Assembly (NCBI GenBank): GCA_964188305.1
Contig: OZ076892.1
Reading direction: 5' to 3' (one strand)
Length of the DNA stretch: 64,000 nt
Source: Podarcis bocagei
Lineage: Eukaryota
Position 1 is the first letter of the stretch. Every line of letters starts with the position of its first letter. Under the pieces are notes generated by a model, which saw only the letters and a list, made by a program, of their open reading frames with translations, made no database searches and was not told the origin of the DNA. Made by a program: the position numbers and the translations under genes. Positions 63,661 to 64,000 of this stretch are shown piece after piece.

Positions 63661-64000
63661 TGAGCCCAAGACAACAGATGTTTTTAAGATTATCTGCACA
63701 GCACAAGGTTTTGAATTGTCAGTTTTGCTATTCACTTTTTGTGTTTTAGTGGGGGGGAGGAACATGTTGTGGTAAGCTTTTTAGTTGTGCCACAAAATAT
63801 TTCCAATGACCTTTGAACTGTATTTTGTTTTGGGACTGTGGTTTTGTATCCATCATTTTCGGTTACTTCTATGGCAAGGAGGTAGAAAATACTTTCTATT
63901 GACTAAATCAACCTAAAGGCACAGGCTCTGCCCTCAAACTTCCAGGCTAAGAGACTAGAAACCTCAAGGGAAGAGGGGGAATGATTTTGAGAATGTAGGT

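Overview
Vertebrate genomic DNA, almost certainly from a squamate and probably a lacertid lizard (five Sauria-type SINEs plus squamate-type CR1/L2/BovB fragments and MITEs). Three spliced + strand genes lie in tandem: (1) the last three coding exons of an IL20RB-like class II cytokine receptor (2253-4110); (2) a complete 9-exon fibrillarin gene, FBL (CDS 11270-25601, 972 nt, 323 aa) with a CpG-island promoter; (3) the 5' part of DYRK1B (CpG island and non-coding exon near 29.1-30.1 kb, a ~29-kb first intron, coding exons 58661-63600, continuing past the window). The rest is dense in transposons, many with readable TIRs and TSDs. Most ORF-track entries are spurious. Top observations: (a) two full-length ~1.8-kb poly(A) retroelements with TSDs that share a structured L1-like 5'UTR and a single short ORF but have no reverse transcriptase (a HAL1-like non-autonomous family); (b) a hidden alternative coding first exon of DYRK1B at ~49.3 kb that splices in frame and resembles both the mammalian DYRK1B p75 extension and the DYRK1A 'MHTG' exon; (c) an IL20RB-like gene beside FBL-DYRK1B, unlike the human arrangement, with a possible soluble isoform; (d) a Tc1/mariner-type MITE carrying a 60-bp palindromic G-rich minisatellite in FBL intron 2. 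All homology calls rest on recalled sequence knowledge, not database searches.
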